Origin: a virus
Direction: 5' to 3' (one strand)
IMG/VR virus record: IMGVR_UViG_3300043435_000886
DNA length: 64,000 bases
Shown: positions 19,201-27,939 of the stretch, piece by piece
Layout of the letters: each line of letters opens with the position of its first letter
Numbering within the stretch: the first letter of the stretch is position 1
Notes under the pieces: model-generated
What the model was told of the DNA's origin: nothing
What the model saw: the letters and a program-made list of their open reading frames with translations, nothing else
Databases searched by the model: none
Made by a program: the position numbers and the translations under genes

Positions 19201-21243
19201 AATTTTACCTACGTATTCATTAGGTATTGTTATACTTGATAATCTTATACCTAAGATATAAACTTCTTCGTATTGTGAAGAAGTAATACCTAATATATTA
19301 TTTACATTTTTATGAAATCCAGCCCTTAATTCACTACAAGCAGCAGATGCATGTGGAAATCTATGATGTCTAACATTTTGATTTTTTATGTTAGAAGTAA
19401 TATTACCAAATGTATCTTTTACTACCCAATTATCATAATTAGAATAATATTCATTTTCATTTTCCCAATACCCCATAGCACCACCTGTAGGGAAAGCATG
19501 AAAAACTCTAGCTTGGTTATTTACTTGGTACATTTCTCCTGCTGGAGAAGTATCAGATGTAGTTAACCCGTTTGTAGTAGAATTGTCTACAATAGCTTGT
19601 AAATTTTGATAAGTAGTAAAAGTATCTGATGTTGTTGTAGCAGCTGTGTTTCTTTTAATGATTTCAATAACATGAGTATGTGTATATGGTCCTGAACCTG
19701 TTACACTTGAACTTACTATTCTAACATAAAAATAACTATTAGTTGAAACAGTACCTATAAGATACAAAGTACCGTTAGTTAAATTAGGTATATTAGTAGC
19801 TTTACTATAAGTAATACTATTAGTAGCTACATTTAAAGTACCTGGTGAAGATAAAGTACCTATTGCACCTACAGTAGGAAATCCACCATTATGTGAAAAT
19901 ATGTATCTAGCATGGTATGAACTTAATAAATCATCTTCATCAATAGCAATTATTTGTAAAGTATTTGATATATCTTTAGTGTTAAGAACAACACCACCTG
20001 TAATTGACGGAGAACTAAAAGTACCACCATAATTAACAGTTAATTTTTTTCTACCTGGAATATGATATGCTTTAGTCTCATAAGAACCAAATTCATCTTC
20101 TATTTGAAAAGAAGCATACAAAGCATATGTGTTATCAAACATAAAAGATTTTTTGTTAAATATAATTAACTCATCTCTGTAATTTTGATTTGTATTAGAC
20201 ACAATATTACTTTGTTCGTACATAGGTGTTACTACTATGTTATTCACATAAGGTTGAAAATCAAAAGATTCTCTTTCTTTTAAATTACCCCAATACATTA
20301 CAGCATCTAATTGAGTAACTGTTTTAGCTGTTTTGTAAGCAGGTCTTTGTACAGTAACTGTTTCTAAAGGAACAGTGGTTAAATTATCTAAAGTACTTAC
20401 AACTACAGTACATGTATTAGTATTGTCAATAACTTTGTAACCACAATCATACACTACATATGCTGTAGACGCTTTGTAAACTAAATATAAATGTATAAAT
20501 CTATAACGATCATCGGTATTTTGAATTTGTAAAGTGATAGATTTATTTGAATTACTATTAGGTTCAGCTCCATCATATTTAACACCAGGAACAGTACCAT
20601 CACCAAGGGATATTACAGAACTATTGTAAACAAGATTAGTTTCATTATAACTTTCATCTACGTATTTATAAACAGGTATGTATGCACCAGTAGGTAAATT
20701 ACCACCCCCTTCATTTATAGAAAGTAAGTTTATAAATTGGCTTTCAAAAGCAGGAAAATAAAGAAGCTTACTTATTTCAGTTGTAAATAAAGCCTCATCT
20801 GTAATTACTTGAGGGTTAGTCAAGTTTAACCAACGTTGAGCATTTTTAAAATCAGTAAAATAAATAAGAGTTTCATTCTTATTATTAAGTTTAGAAGTAC
20901 CTTCAATAGGGTATTTATCATTCATACTTAATAATGCTCTTAATACAGGTTTATAAATAGAATCTTTTAATATTCCTATTTCAGTAGTTGGTGCAGGACC
21001 AAAAATTGACATTAAACAAATACTATTATCCGGTAATAAAATATGACCTATAACAGTTTTGTCTTGATTTGAATAAGTAGAACCATCAGACCAATAAGCT
21101 TTGTATTCAACAATGTTATCAAAGCCATCTTCTACTGTATTAGACCCAAACTCATAATTAATGTTGTAGTTAATTATAAGTGAACATGAAGCTTGAGGTT
21201 GGTTTTTAGGGTCAGAGTTTCTATGTAGTTTAATTACTTTCAT
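16207..21243 (-). CDS. Tail fibre or tail spike (receptor-binding) protein, 1678 aa
   Basis: Very large, Ser/Thr/Asn/Tyr/Gly-rich beta-type sequence, immediately downstream of tail and lysis genes. Confidence 0.45.
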   Translation of the reverse strand: MKVIKLHRNSDPKNQPQASCSLIINYNINYEFGSNTVEDGFDNIVEYKAYWSDGSTYSNQDKTVIGHILLPDNSICLMSIFGPAPTTEIGILKDSIYKPVLRALLSMNDKYPIEGTSKLNNKNETLIYFTDFKNAQRWLNLTNPQVITDEALFTTEISKLLYFPAFESQFINLLSINEGGGNLPTGAYIPVYKYVDESYNETNLVYNSSVISLGDGTVPGVKYDGAEPNSNSNKSITLQIQNTDDRYRFIHLYLVYKASTAYVVYDCGYKVIDNTNTCTVVVSTLDNLTTVPLETVTVQRPAYKTAKTVTQLDAVMYWGNLKERESFDFQPYVNNIVVTPMYEQSNIVSNTNQNYRDELIIFNKKSFMFDNTYALYASFQIEDEFGSYETKAYHIPGRKKLTVNYGGTFSSPSITGGVVLNTKDISNTLQIIAIDEDDLLSSYHARYIFSHNGGFPTVGAIGTLSSPGTLNVATNSITYSKATNIPNLTNGTLYLIGTVSTNSYFYVRIVSSSVTGSGPYTHTHVIEIIKRNTAATTTSDTFTTYQNLQAIVDNSTTNGLTTSDTSPAGEMYQVNNQARVFHAFPTGGAMGYWENENEYYSNYDNWVVKDTFGNITSNIKNQNVRHHRFPHASAACSELRAGFHKNVNNILGITSSQYEEVYILGIRLSSITIPNEYVGKIKKVNLYYAKQRSQDKVIIGQSLVLHDGTLLNFSGNSITAGSLESEDFVTHVGGNVELEGQRVRIGGGGTIITRINSNKKFIRSSPFDVVATDSLPTVSHVNVLYKITTFYDCLYSSGASNPGPPTNGGVVSIAHQWRLDDKTLSTQIDLSGGDFEIFNRKVLKYNYIDSTPTYPFESFDPSANANRPEVQVNASVYGTSKSIYHYRADKVVLMELQNELNGISNPLNIPMYDQVHEEFSTVGMQKDADIYLVNLCSFKSDIYQGFDGLELAQAGSFNYSPASPTIFGGDTFSNYYAYRSCCDLSGIWNFAMAYNHKWQAFEIRMLHYFICQSVSNINYRNRGTSEYDSYFPFNSDANNFLVNTPLIPNGQPNYYSYNKAYNTVNEIHQPAIGEMLPITSVFSFPTRVLRTAKDNVESIYDNYRVVLANDYLDLSKDKGAIWALRALYNKLNIIFENTIKETLGRERILTQNSESYVGAGDIFAVVPKDLITVDGGFGGTMSQWAINITPFGMFYVDINRGKVFLKAGELKEISKDDMFYFFRDQLPLKFYSLVVDRLNKVIPLWVPGIYNSGNIVRHNKGYYQAKATTSNLPTDLANWNFLYDEQSLPLVGLDSVHIGLKSGYDPIYKRIILSKQDLEFSQTFPITDFLGIYTDLGGATLTNNKIYFVDGEFKKYSTLTSSFTALSYGNRDYFNPINWTISYYPEYESWGSFYTFYPEMLFNSNDALYSSYRYSIYEHNKHVLPIFYGGLPEIATLEMIFNPDPDSVKQFKSVQFKTKVAEYNADFTEKSQEYLQTFDSYQAYNSYQLSKESALTNLTTARNLEGFWSINNFRDYFDNGGNIFQSIKSWDLPFSAVNVSKHWSKLKRFVDNWFTVRFKYDNFKTSVFLNFDIVESSIKQVEDVASDYYLIMDFDSVITFEVGDWVLLNVDNAGFGGADYVSMAQVLKVNGITYTLKAINPVYIGDNTTTCSIISIKQIYNYKLTLLETTSTYIKNTR

Positions 21244-21959
21244 TACCAGATAAAATTATTACGTGGGTATTGGATATCTTCAGCGTTATTATCAACATTA
21301 AAGTTTTCAAGAGGATGAATATTTGGTATGAGTCTAACCCATTTGTTTTTAAACGTATCCATTCTAGGTAAATCCATTAATTTAGATTCAGCTTCTGCTT
21401 GGCTACAATATTTTAACCATTGAGCATTAGTAGTTTGAAAGTTAATTTGTTTGTTAGGATGTTCAAATCCTCTCATAGTCATTTTATATAAAATGTACCA
21501 AAATAAAGCTTCTTTAAAAGTATAGACATCAGGTATTTTTGGGTACCCATTTTCATCAACAGGAAATCCTTTGTAATGAAAATAAATAAAATCTCCTTCT
21601 GGAACATTAGTTTTAACCCAACCACCTGAAATAAAATAACTGTATAAGCCGTTAGTTTCTAATTTATCATTAAAAGCTTTATTTCCATAGTCATACGTTT
21701 GAGAAGATGATGGTAGTAACTTACCGTTATAAGTTATCATTTCAAGATAAAACAAGTTATGTGGTATGCAAACTCTGTTGTCTTTAACTGTACCTTCATG
21801 TGTACAAAATTCAAGTTCGGCTGAACCTATTCCTTCTAACCCTTCACCGATCCATTCAACCATATCAGTCAGGTAATCAGTTTCTTGAGCAATTGTAAAG
21901 CCTAAATCTCTAAAGACTTTATTTAATATTACGTTGCAGCTTACTAGATTGTATATCAT
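21243..21959 (-). CDS. Hypothetical protein (238 aa), probably tail/baseplate-associated
   Basis: ORF inside the structural operon. Confidence 0.45.
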   Translation of the reverse strand: MIYNLVSCNVILNKVFRDLGFTIAQETDYLTDMVEWIGEGLEGIGSAELEFCTHEGTVKDNRVCIPHNLFYLEMITYNGKLLPSSSQTYDYGNKAFNDKLETNGLYSYFISGGWVKTNVPEGDFIYFHYKGFPVDENGYPKIPDVYTFKEALFWYILYKMTMRGFEHPNKQINFQTTNAQWLKYCSQAEAESKLMDLPRMDTFKNKWVRLIPNIHPLENFNVDNNAEDIQYPRNNFIW

Positions 21960-22452
21960 ATTCTGGGAAATTTAAATAATAAAGTTCGTTATCTTTTAAC
22001 AAAGATACAATTTTATTTTTATTTCCAGATTTACATTCTGTACCGTTTGTTCTTGAAGAAGAAAATTTGTAGAATCTTACGTATTTATTTACATTAAGAT
22101 TGGCCCCTTTTAACCATCTAACTCCTACATACCAATTACGTATAAAGTAAACATAGTTTTTACCTTTTAGTTCTGGAGATTCTTTCCAAAGTTTAGTTGT
22201 TTCCTGCCAATTAATAGGATAAATGATATTTCCTTTTTTATTTGTAGGTGTTTTTTTAAATCTAAAATACTGCATTTGACCTACTCTGTTACCAAAGCTT
22301 ATACGGTTACCATTACCTTCTTGCATGTATTCAAATAACTTTTGATTAGTTAAAATACATACTTTACGATATTGTTGATAAGTTACAGGAGCATTTGTAG
22401 ATTTACAGTAATGTTCGTAACTATTTTTAATGGTGAGAGTCGTTGTCAGCAT
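21919..22452 (-). CDS. Hypothetical protein (177 aa)
   Basis: ORF inside the structural operon. Confidence 0.45.
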   Translation of the reverse strand: MLTTTLTIKNSYEHYCKSTNAPVTYQQYRKVCILTNQKLFEYMQEGNGNRISFGNRVGQMQYFRFKKTPTNKKGNIIYPINWQETTKLWKESPELKGKNYVYFIRNWYVGVRWLKGANLNVNKYVRFYKFSSSRTNGTECKSGNKNKIVSLLKDNELYYLNFPEYDIQSSKLQRNIK

Positions 22453-23086
22453 CTGGTGCAGTTCTTAACATGTAATTTAATTCTTTACTTAAAATCATTT
22501 CAGTTAAAGGTTGAATCATATCTTCCGGAATAGGATATTCACTATCAGAAGTATAACAATCTACACCATCACATAAAAATGCATTAGCAGCTTTAGGGTC
22601 TTCTAAAATACCTCTAACATTTATAGCTTCTAAATCATGATTATTAGGAATATAAATATATTGATTTAAATAATAAGCTCTAGGAATAGCAGCAGTGTAT
22701 TTACTGTATTTAATAAAACCTGCTCTTTGAGGTAAAATTAAATCAAAAGCTGTTTGTTTATCTATGGACCCTACATAAGTAATACCTAATCTTGTTTTTA
22801 ATCTTAAAAATTTAGGTAATTTTACTGAAGTTTTTAATATATCACAATCTAATTGAAAATGACAACATTCAGCTTTATCAGCTTTAATCAAACTAATACA
22901 ACCTAAATCTTGACTGTAATCTGGGTGAATGTTCCAATTTTGATCTAAATCTCTACGTATAAACATAGCTCTTACATACCTTACCATAAAAGCTATTTGG
23001 TTGTATGAAGGTATAAAGTCATCTGAAAGTCTTCCTCCAGAATGTGTGTTTAAAATATTATAGACAATTTCACTTTCAGTAGCCAT
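22427..23086 (-). CDS. Hypothetical protein (219 aa)
   Basis: ORF inside the structural operon. Confidence 0.45.
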   Translation of the reverse strand: MATESEIVYNILNTHSGGRLSDDFIPSYNQIAFMVRYVRAMFIRRDLDQNWNIHPDYSQDLGCISLIKADKAECCHFQLDCDILKTSVKLPKFLRLKTRLGITYVGSIDKQTAFDLILPQRAGFIKYSKYTAAIPRAYYLNQYIYIPNNHDLEAINVRGILEDPKAANAFLCDGVDCYTSDSEYPIPEDMIQPLTEMILSKELNYMLRTAPDADNDSHH

Positions 23087-23532
23087 TACTTTACAATTTT
23101 AAATATAAATATACCGACAAAGATAGTTACAAAAAGCCATAAATACCATTTAGGATAACCTTCTTCTATTTTTATTTGTTCCGAGCAAGCTAACTGAATA
23201 GTATCTCTTATTACTATTTCAACACTATCATGTATGTAAATAGGTTTACGAACTACAGTAGTTTTAATTTTTCCTGTTTTATCAATGATTTGATATACAG
23301 TTGTAAAGCTGTCGTTATATACTTTAAGAACAGAATCAAGGTAATGTCTGGAATATTGAAAACTACTATCACCGTGTATAGTATCGTATATAAAAATTGT
23401 TTTAATTTTTTCAGTAATGATAGTTTTGTAAATACTGTCACCATATTTAGGATTCTTTTTAATTGCTTGTTTTAAATGATATTCAGCAGAACAAGAACCT
23501 AAAAACATTAGAAGTACTAATAAATATCTCAT
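23086..23532 (-). CDS. Unimolecular spanin candidate: outer-membrane lipoprotein signal plus a C-terminal transmembrane helix
   Basis: N-terminal MRYLLVLLMFLGSCS has a lipobox (L-G-S-C). C-terminal WYLWLFVTIFVGIFIFKIVK is a TM helix. Lies immediately downstream of the holin-like genes. Confidence 0.45.
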   Translation of the reverse strand: MRYLLVLLMFLGSCSAEYHLKQAIKKNPKYGDSIYKTIITEKIKTIFIYDTIHGDSSFQYSRHYLDSVLKVYNDSFTTVYQIIDKTGKIKTTVVRKPIYIHDSVEIVIRDTIQLACSEQIKIEEGYPKWYLWLFVTIFVGIFIFKIVK

Positions 23533-23999
23533 ACAATTTCAATTGTTATTTTAGTTACTTTGGGGTCTTGTAATATCTTCATTAACTTAGCAAATGTAGG
23601 TTTAGAATTACCAACAAAGTTATTAGCTTTACTTGAACCTACTAAAATACAACCTTCTGTATGTTCAGCTTTATTTCCATTATGAATTCTAACTCCCTCA
23701 AAATCAACGACTTTAAGTAATAAAGGCATCATAACTTTAAACCTATTAGACATATTTACAATAACATCGTATTTACCTCTAGGTATAGCAGTTAAAGCGT
23801 TTACCTTTTTTTCACCTGGATCTTTAAGGTCACCATCTTTGTTTAAATCTCTATCAAAATCTTCAAGAGTATAACAGAAGAATTTACCATTAATAGACAT
23901 ATCTCCAATTGTGGAAATATTGCTAAACGTTTTCCTGATTAGCTTGAGATTGATTTCCATTACCAAAAAAATTAGATAAAAACATACCAACAATACCAA
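23529..23999 (-). CDS. Lysis-cassette protein of unknown fold, possibly an endolysin or cell-wall hydrolase. The true start is probably internal (Met at 23960 or 23900).
   Basis: Sits between the holin-like genes and the spanin candidate. No canonical lysozyme, amidase or peptidase motif recognised. The N-terminus of the track ORF overlaps the upstream ORF. Confidence 0.3.
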   Translation of the reverse strand: MVLLVCFYLIFLVMEINLKLIRKTFSNISTIGDMSINGKFFCYTLEDFDRDLNKDGDLKDPGEKKVNALTAIPRGKYDVIVNMSNRFKVMMPLLLKVVDFEGVRIHNGNKAEHTEGCILVGSSKANNFVGNSKPTFAKLMKILQDPKVTKITIEIV

Positions 24000-24159
24000 T
24001 AACAGCTATAATAGAAGCAACATCTTCTTGACCAAAATAGGCAAAAGTTCCTGCTGCTGTTGAGCAAGTTAAAAAAGCTGCCCATCCTAGACGAGCAATG
24101 TTTTTAGGTGTAGGTTTTAAAAAGTGTTTAAAACCAAATTCGTTTTTTCCTATTGTCAT
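23923..24159 (-). CDS. Holin/antiholin-like small membrane protein (78 aa, two predicted TM segments)
   Basis: Hydrophobic segments LGWAAFLTCSTAAGTFAYF and IIAVIGIVGMFLSNFF. Confidence 0.4.
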   Translation of the reverse strand: MTIGKNEFGFKHFLKPTPKNIARLGWAAFLTCSTAAGTFAYFGQEDVASIIAVIGIVGMFLSNFFGNGNQSQANQENV

Positions 24160-24347
24160 TTGAATAGTTTTTTAATTATTTGTACAAATTTAGGTAAATT
24201 TACAACAATAGTTACAAATGTACTTACTATTGCCATAAATACTGCTACTAATTGAAATTCAGGCAGTAAGTTAATTATCTTACTTACACCTATAAATAAC
24301 CATGCTGAAAGTGATATTCCTAATTCTGTTCTAAATTCTGGTGTCAT
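24156..24347 (-). CDS. Holin-like small membrane protein (63 aa, two TM segments, basic C-terminus)
   Basis: LSAWLFIGVSKIINLL and LVAVFMAIVSTFVTIVV, then KFVQIIKKLFK. Confidence 0.45.
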   Translation of the reverse strand: MTPEFRTELGISLSAWLFIGVSKIINLLPEFQLVAVFMAIVSTFVTIVVNLPKFVQIIKKLFK

Positions 24348-24628
24348 ATTGTATAAAATTGATGTACTGGTGATTTTGGAGGTGTAACAAGAGTTTCAAA
24401 TATTGATTCATCAAAATCATCACTAACTAAAAGATTTGCATGATACCCTGATTTGTAAGTTACGGCTTCATCTTTTAATCTATTAGGGTTACTTGGTATT
24501 TGTCCAATCAAATGCCCTATAATTTCATTGCTTGAAAACTCAACTTCACCATTATAATCTTTAATTACTTTAGCTATATCAGCTATAAGTAATGTTTTTT
24601 TTGTTGATTTTAAATATATTGTTTTCAT
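24344..24628 (-). CDS. Hypothetical protein (94 aa)
   Basis: ORF; stop overlaps the next start. Confidence 0.45.
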   Translation of the reverse strand: MKTIYLKSTKKTLLIADIAKVIKDYNGEVEFSSNEIIGHLIGQIPSNPNRLKDEAVTYKSGYHANLLVSDDFDESIFETLVTPPKSPVHQFYTI

Positions 24629-24631
24629 GGC

Positions 24632-25996
24632 TTATAGTGTTGTTAAGGCAATACATTCTGCATCCGAAGGCCTTGTGTTGTTTAATATGACACCGCCAAC
24701 CAATTGAGGTTGAATCCCTATAAGGAAGTTATCATTCAATCTTACAGCAGATAAAGCACCAGTAAATGTAAATGCTGTTGTATTTGTTGCTCCTATTTTA
24801 GCACCATTAACAAACAATGCACTATCTCCACTTTTGTAAGCTAATGCAATTTTTACTTTTGTTGTTTTAATCCCAACATCAGCAAAATTTAATGCTACAC
24901 TATTAGCATAAATAGTAGCACGATACAATGTTCCTGAGCCTTTTGTAATGTAAACTCCATTTACTGTACCTTGGTTTATACCAATTAAATCTGTTTGTAA
25001 AGAACAACTTCCTTCCCAATATAAAACTCCTTCTGTTTGTCCTATTAATGCACTTGCTCCTGTTAAATTAGGCACATCAGCTATTCTTGTAGCAGTTGCA
25101 CCTCCTGTAACTATTGGACTTGTACCAGAACTACCAATTTCTGCTCCAGCATAAGCTAAAAAAGTATCACCTGCTGCTCCTGTTGTGGAGCCGTTAGTGT
25201 TGGTAAACATTAATTGATAAAATGCTGGTATTTGAGTTCCACCTGTTCTTGTTAATGTTATCTTGTAAAATCCATTATATTCAGCATCAATAGAAGCAGA
25301 ATACCCTGCGTTCACAGTTCCCAATGTTCCATTTCCAATATTAAACCATGCTGCTGCTGCTCCTCCTGCTATATCAATTATGGCAACAAAGTCTAAATCT
25401 TTCTTCTTAACAAAAGCCTGTACAGAATAACTACCTGTCGCTCCTGTTGTTAACCTCAAAATACCACTAAGAGTAGCTGCTGTTGATGTTATAGTTGTTA
25501 CGACTTGACCAGATATGGGACTAACTTCTGAACTTACAGACCTTGTGGCTGCATTATCTGTCCATCCTGCTCCTGCAAAATTGGTTGACTCTAATACAAT
25601 ATTTGTCCTCTGTGGTTCAAATAACCAACTTGGGCATGAACCTCCAATAGGATAGTTTAATCTTGGAACATTGTTAGCCACGCTTTCCCAAATGCCAGAA
25701 CTATTTCTTCGCATTGCTGTTGATGCACGAGTAAGTGTAAAATCACCAGCACCGCTTGTCGGTTTTAGTGAATACAGTTTACTTGATTTATAAGCATTTG
25801 GAGTAAGTATTAACGAAGCCTTATCATAAAATCCTTGAGAATTTAAAGAAGTTACAGTTGTTTGTAAACAAGATTCTGCTTCAAACGTACCTGAGTCAGC
25901 TAATACTCTTGCTTTAAAAGTATTAATTACTACAGCTACAAAATTTAAAGCTGAATTACAAATTTTAGCAATACTTAAACCTAATCCTATATTCAT
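24632..25996 (-). CDS. Tail fibre-like protein (454 aa, Thr/Gly/Ser-rich)
   Basis: Composition and position in the tail region. Confidence 0.4.
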   Translation of the reverse strand: MNIGLGLSIAKICNSALNFVAVVINTFKARVLADSGTFEAESCLQTTVTSLNSQGFYDKASLILTPNAYKSSKLYSLKPTSGAGDFTLTRASTAMRRNSSGIWESVANNVPRLNYPIGGSCPSWLFEPQRTNIVLESTNFAGAGWTDNAATRSVSSEVSPISGQVVTTITSTAATLSGILRLTTGATGSYSVQAFVKKKDLDFVAIIDIAGGAAAAWFNIGNGTLGTVNAGYSASIDAEYNGFYKITLTRTGGTQIPAFYQLMFTNTNGSTTGAAGDTFLAYAGAEIGSSGTSPIVTGGATATRIADVPNLTGASALIGQTEGVLYWEGSCSLQTDLIGINQGTVNGVYITKGSGTLYRATIYANSVALNFADVGIKTTKVKIALAYKSGDSALFVNGAKIGATNTTAFTFTGALSAVRLNDNFLIGIQPQLVGGVILNNTRPSDAECIALTTL

Positions 25997-25997
25997 A

Positions 25998-26312
25998 TTA
26001 ATTCATTACTGTTAAAGAACCATAACATCTTACAACTGTACCTACAGCTGGAGTTATCGAAGTTATCTTTCCATAAACTATAACACCTTGAGATATAGAA
26101 ATTGCACTTAAAGCAGTTGAAGTAGTATTATCCATAGTAATAGACGAGATAGTTCCAGTAGAAGATAATATTTGAAATGCACACCAATCTCCTGTAACAG
26201 CAGTACCGGCACCTGTTATTAAAGTATTACCTGAAGTAATACCAAAAGTTATTTTGTAAAATCCTAAAAAAAGATTTACAAGTTGTTGAAATAAGTTTTC
26301 TAATCTATTCAT
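25998..26312 (-). CDS. Hypothetical structural protein (104 aa)
   Basis: ORF in the tail region. Confidence 0.4.
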   Translation of the reverse strand: MNRLENLFQQLVNLFLGFYKITFGITSGNTLITGAGTAVTGDWCAFQILSSTGTISSITMDNTTSTALSAISISQGVIVYGKITSITPAVGTVVRCYGSLTVMN

Positions 26313-26316
26313 AATT

Positions 26317-26604
26317 TTATTTTTTTGCTATGTTTAAAGCTGTTGTTATAATATTAACAAACTGTTCTTGAGTAATTGTATTGTAATATTCTTCAGGGTC
26401 ACCGTTATAAGCTTGTTGCCAATCTTTTAATACACGTTTAGCTAACCATAATCTGTAATATTTACAAAGACATGCTGGAGAAGAACCAAAAGAATATTTA
26501 TTAGCTACTGTATTAGCATATTTAATAAAAGCAGAATCTATTTGAGATTCCATTTCATTAAGTATATCAGTATTAATGTTAATTACATCCACAGTTGTCA
26601 TCAC
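26317..26604 (-). CDS. Hypothetical protein (95 aa)
   Basis: ORF. Confidence 0.4.
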   Translation of the reverse strand: MMTTVDVININTDILNEMESQIDSAFIKYANTVANKYSFGSSPACLCKYYRLWLAKRVLKDWQQAYNGDPEEYYNTITQEQFVNIITTALNIAKK

Positions 26605-27388
26605 AGTATTTACTTAAAAGAGTAAAAATTTGTTTAGCTTTATTTACATTATCTATTTCACAATTAATAAACATTGCATCGTAAAGCAAATATTTATGTA
26701 TTAATTCTGGATCATCTTTAGCACAATTACATTCAACTAAATCAGCTACTTTATTATCTAAACATTCTTTTATAGACCTAGCTACAGGAAAATATTTAGT
26801 AGCTGCATAACCTATTCTATATTGAGCAGTGCCTGGTAATGTGGCATAAGCATCTTTATCAGTATAAATATTAGCTGAACTTTTAGTTACCGGGGTTGTT
26901 ATACCGTAAAGATAAGCAGTAGTTAAAGGTACTATTGTTGTAGCTAAATAAAGATAATCAGCATTTTTAAACGATAAAAAATCAGATGTAGTGTAAGTCA
27001 TTACTGGAGAATTTATTATAGTTGAAATTGTAACAGAACCAGCGTTAGCAAAAAACACAATGTATTCTGATTTCCAAATACCATCTTCAATAAACTCATC
27101 TACAGTTAGTCCTAAATCAGTATTTAAAACTTCATAATATTCTTGAGTACCTGATGCTAAATTAAAAGCTATAGCAGGTGTTATAGCAAAAGTATAAACA
27201 GTACCTGAAGGAGAAGTTAGGAGTAATCTACCGGCTAGAATATCTGTACCGTTTGAAGCAGCTTCTCTATAACTTACAGGATCTTGATTGGCACCATAGC
27301 CATTAATACCATAACCTGTTAAGTCGTAAATTCTAAGAGACTTATAACTAATAGCTACAGCTCCTTTTATAATATTATTTAATGCCAT
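26579..27388 (-). CDS. Hypothetical structural protein (269 aa) with a Cys-rich C-terminus
   Basis: C-terminal ...CNCAKDD...CEIDN...CDDNCGCN. Confidence 0.4.
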   Translation of the reverse strand: MALNNIIKGAVAISYKSLRIYDLTGYGINGYGANQDPVSYREAASNGTDILAGRLLLTSPSGTVYTFAITPAIAFNLASGTQEYYEVLNTDLGLTVDEFIEDGIWKSEYIVFFANAGSVTISTIINSPVMTYTTSDFLSFKNADYLYLATTIVPLTTAYLYGITTPVTKSSANIYTDKDAYATLPGTAQYRIGYAATKYFPVARSIKECLDNKVADLVECNCAKDDPELIHKYLLYDAMFINCEIDNVNKAKQIFTLLSKYCDDNCGCN

Positions 27389-27390
27389 AA

Positions 27391-27894
27391 CTATAAAGGA
27401 GCGTATGCTTCTATGATTAATGTGTAATTTCTTAAAAGATCATTAGCTGGATTAAAACTACTATCAATAGTCTCTATTCTGTATTGTGATAATGAAACTC
27501 CGTTATCAAAAACATAAAAAATATCTCCCGAAATAGTACTATAAAGTGTTTGAGAAATAGTTGTTACATTTAATGAAGTTAAATCAACTCCTAAATCTAA
27601 TCTATAAATACCTTCAGCATTATAAACAAAATTACCAGTTGGAAAGGTGTTTACTAATACTTCTGCTATTGGAGGATTAATTGATTCTTGATTTATAATA
27701 GCTTTATAAACATATAAAGGTTGTGTTGAGTTTCCAAGTAAATTTCTAAGAGGTACTATAAAATCGTTACCGTCTTTATTAATTGTAACGTAAGATTTAT
27801 TTATTTCTTCGGTACTAGGAATTATAATTGATTTCATATCTACAAAATTAATGGTTTTAGAATCAATAACAAAGATAGGTTTTATTTTAAACAA
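27391..27894 (-). CDS. Hypothetical structural protein (167 aa)
   Basis: ORF; a terminator lies immediately upstream. Confidence 0.4.
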   Translation of the reverse strand: MFKIKPIFVIDSKTINFVDMKSIIIPSTEEINKSYVTINKDGNDFIVPLRNLLGNSTQPLYVYKAIINQESINPPIAEVLVNTFPTGNFVYNAEGIYRLDLGVDLTSLNVTTISQTLYSTISGDIFYVFDNGVSLSQYRIETIDSSFNPANDLLRNYTLIIEAYAPL

Positions 27895-27925
27895 AAAAAG
27901 AGGGTATTTCTACCCTCTTTTAATT
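27890..27925 (-). terminator. Terminator after the 427-aa structural gene (AAGAGGGTA-tttc-TACCCTCTT), flanked by an A-run and a T-run so potentially bidirectional
   Basis: 9-bp GC-containing stem. On the minus strand it is followed by TTTTTTTGTT. Confidence 0.65.
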
Positions 27926-27939
27926 TAATTGATTGATAA

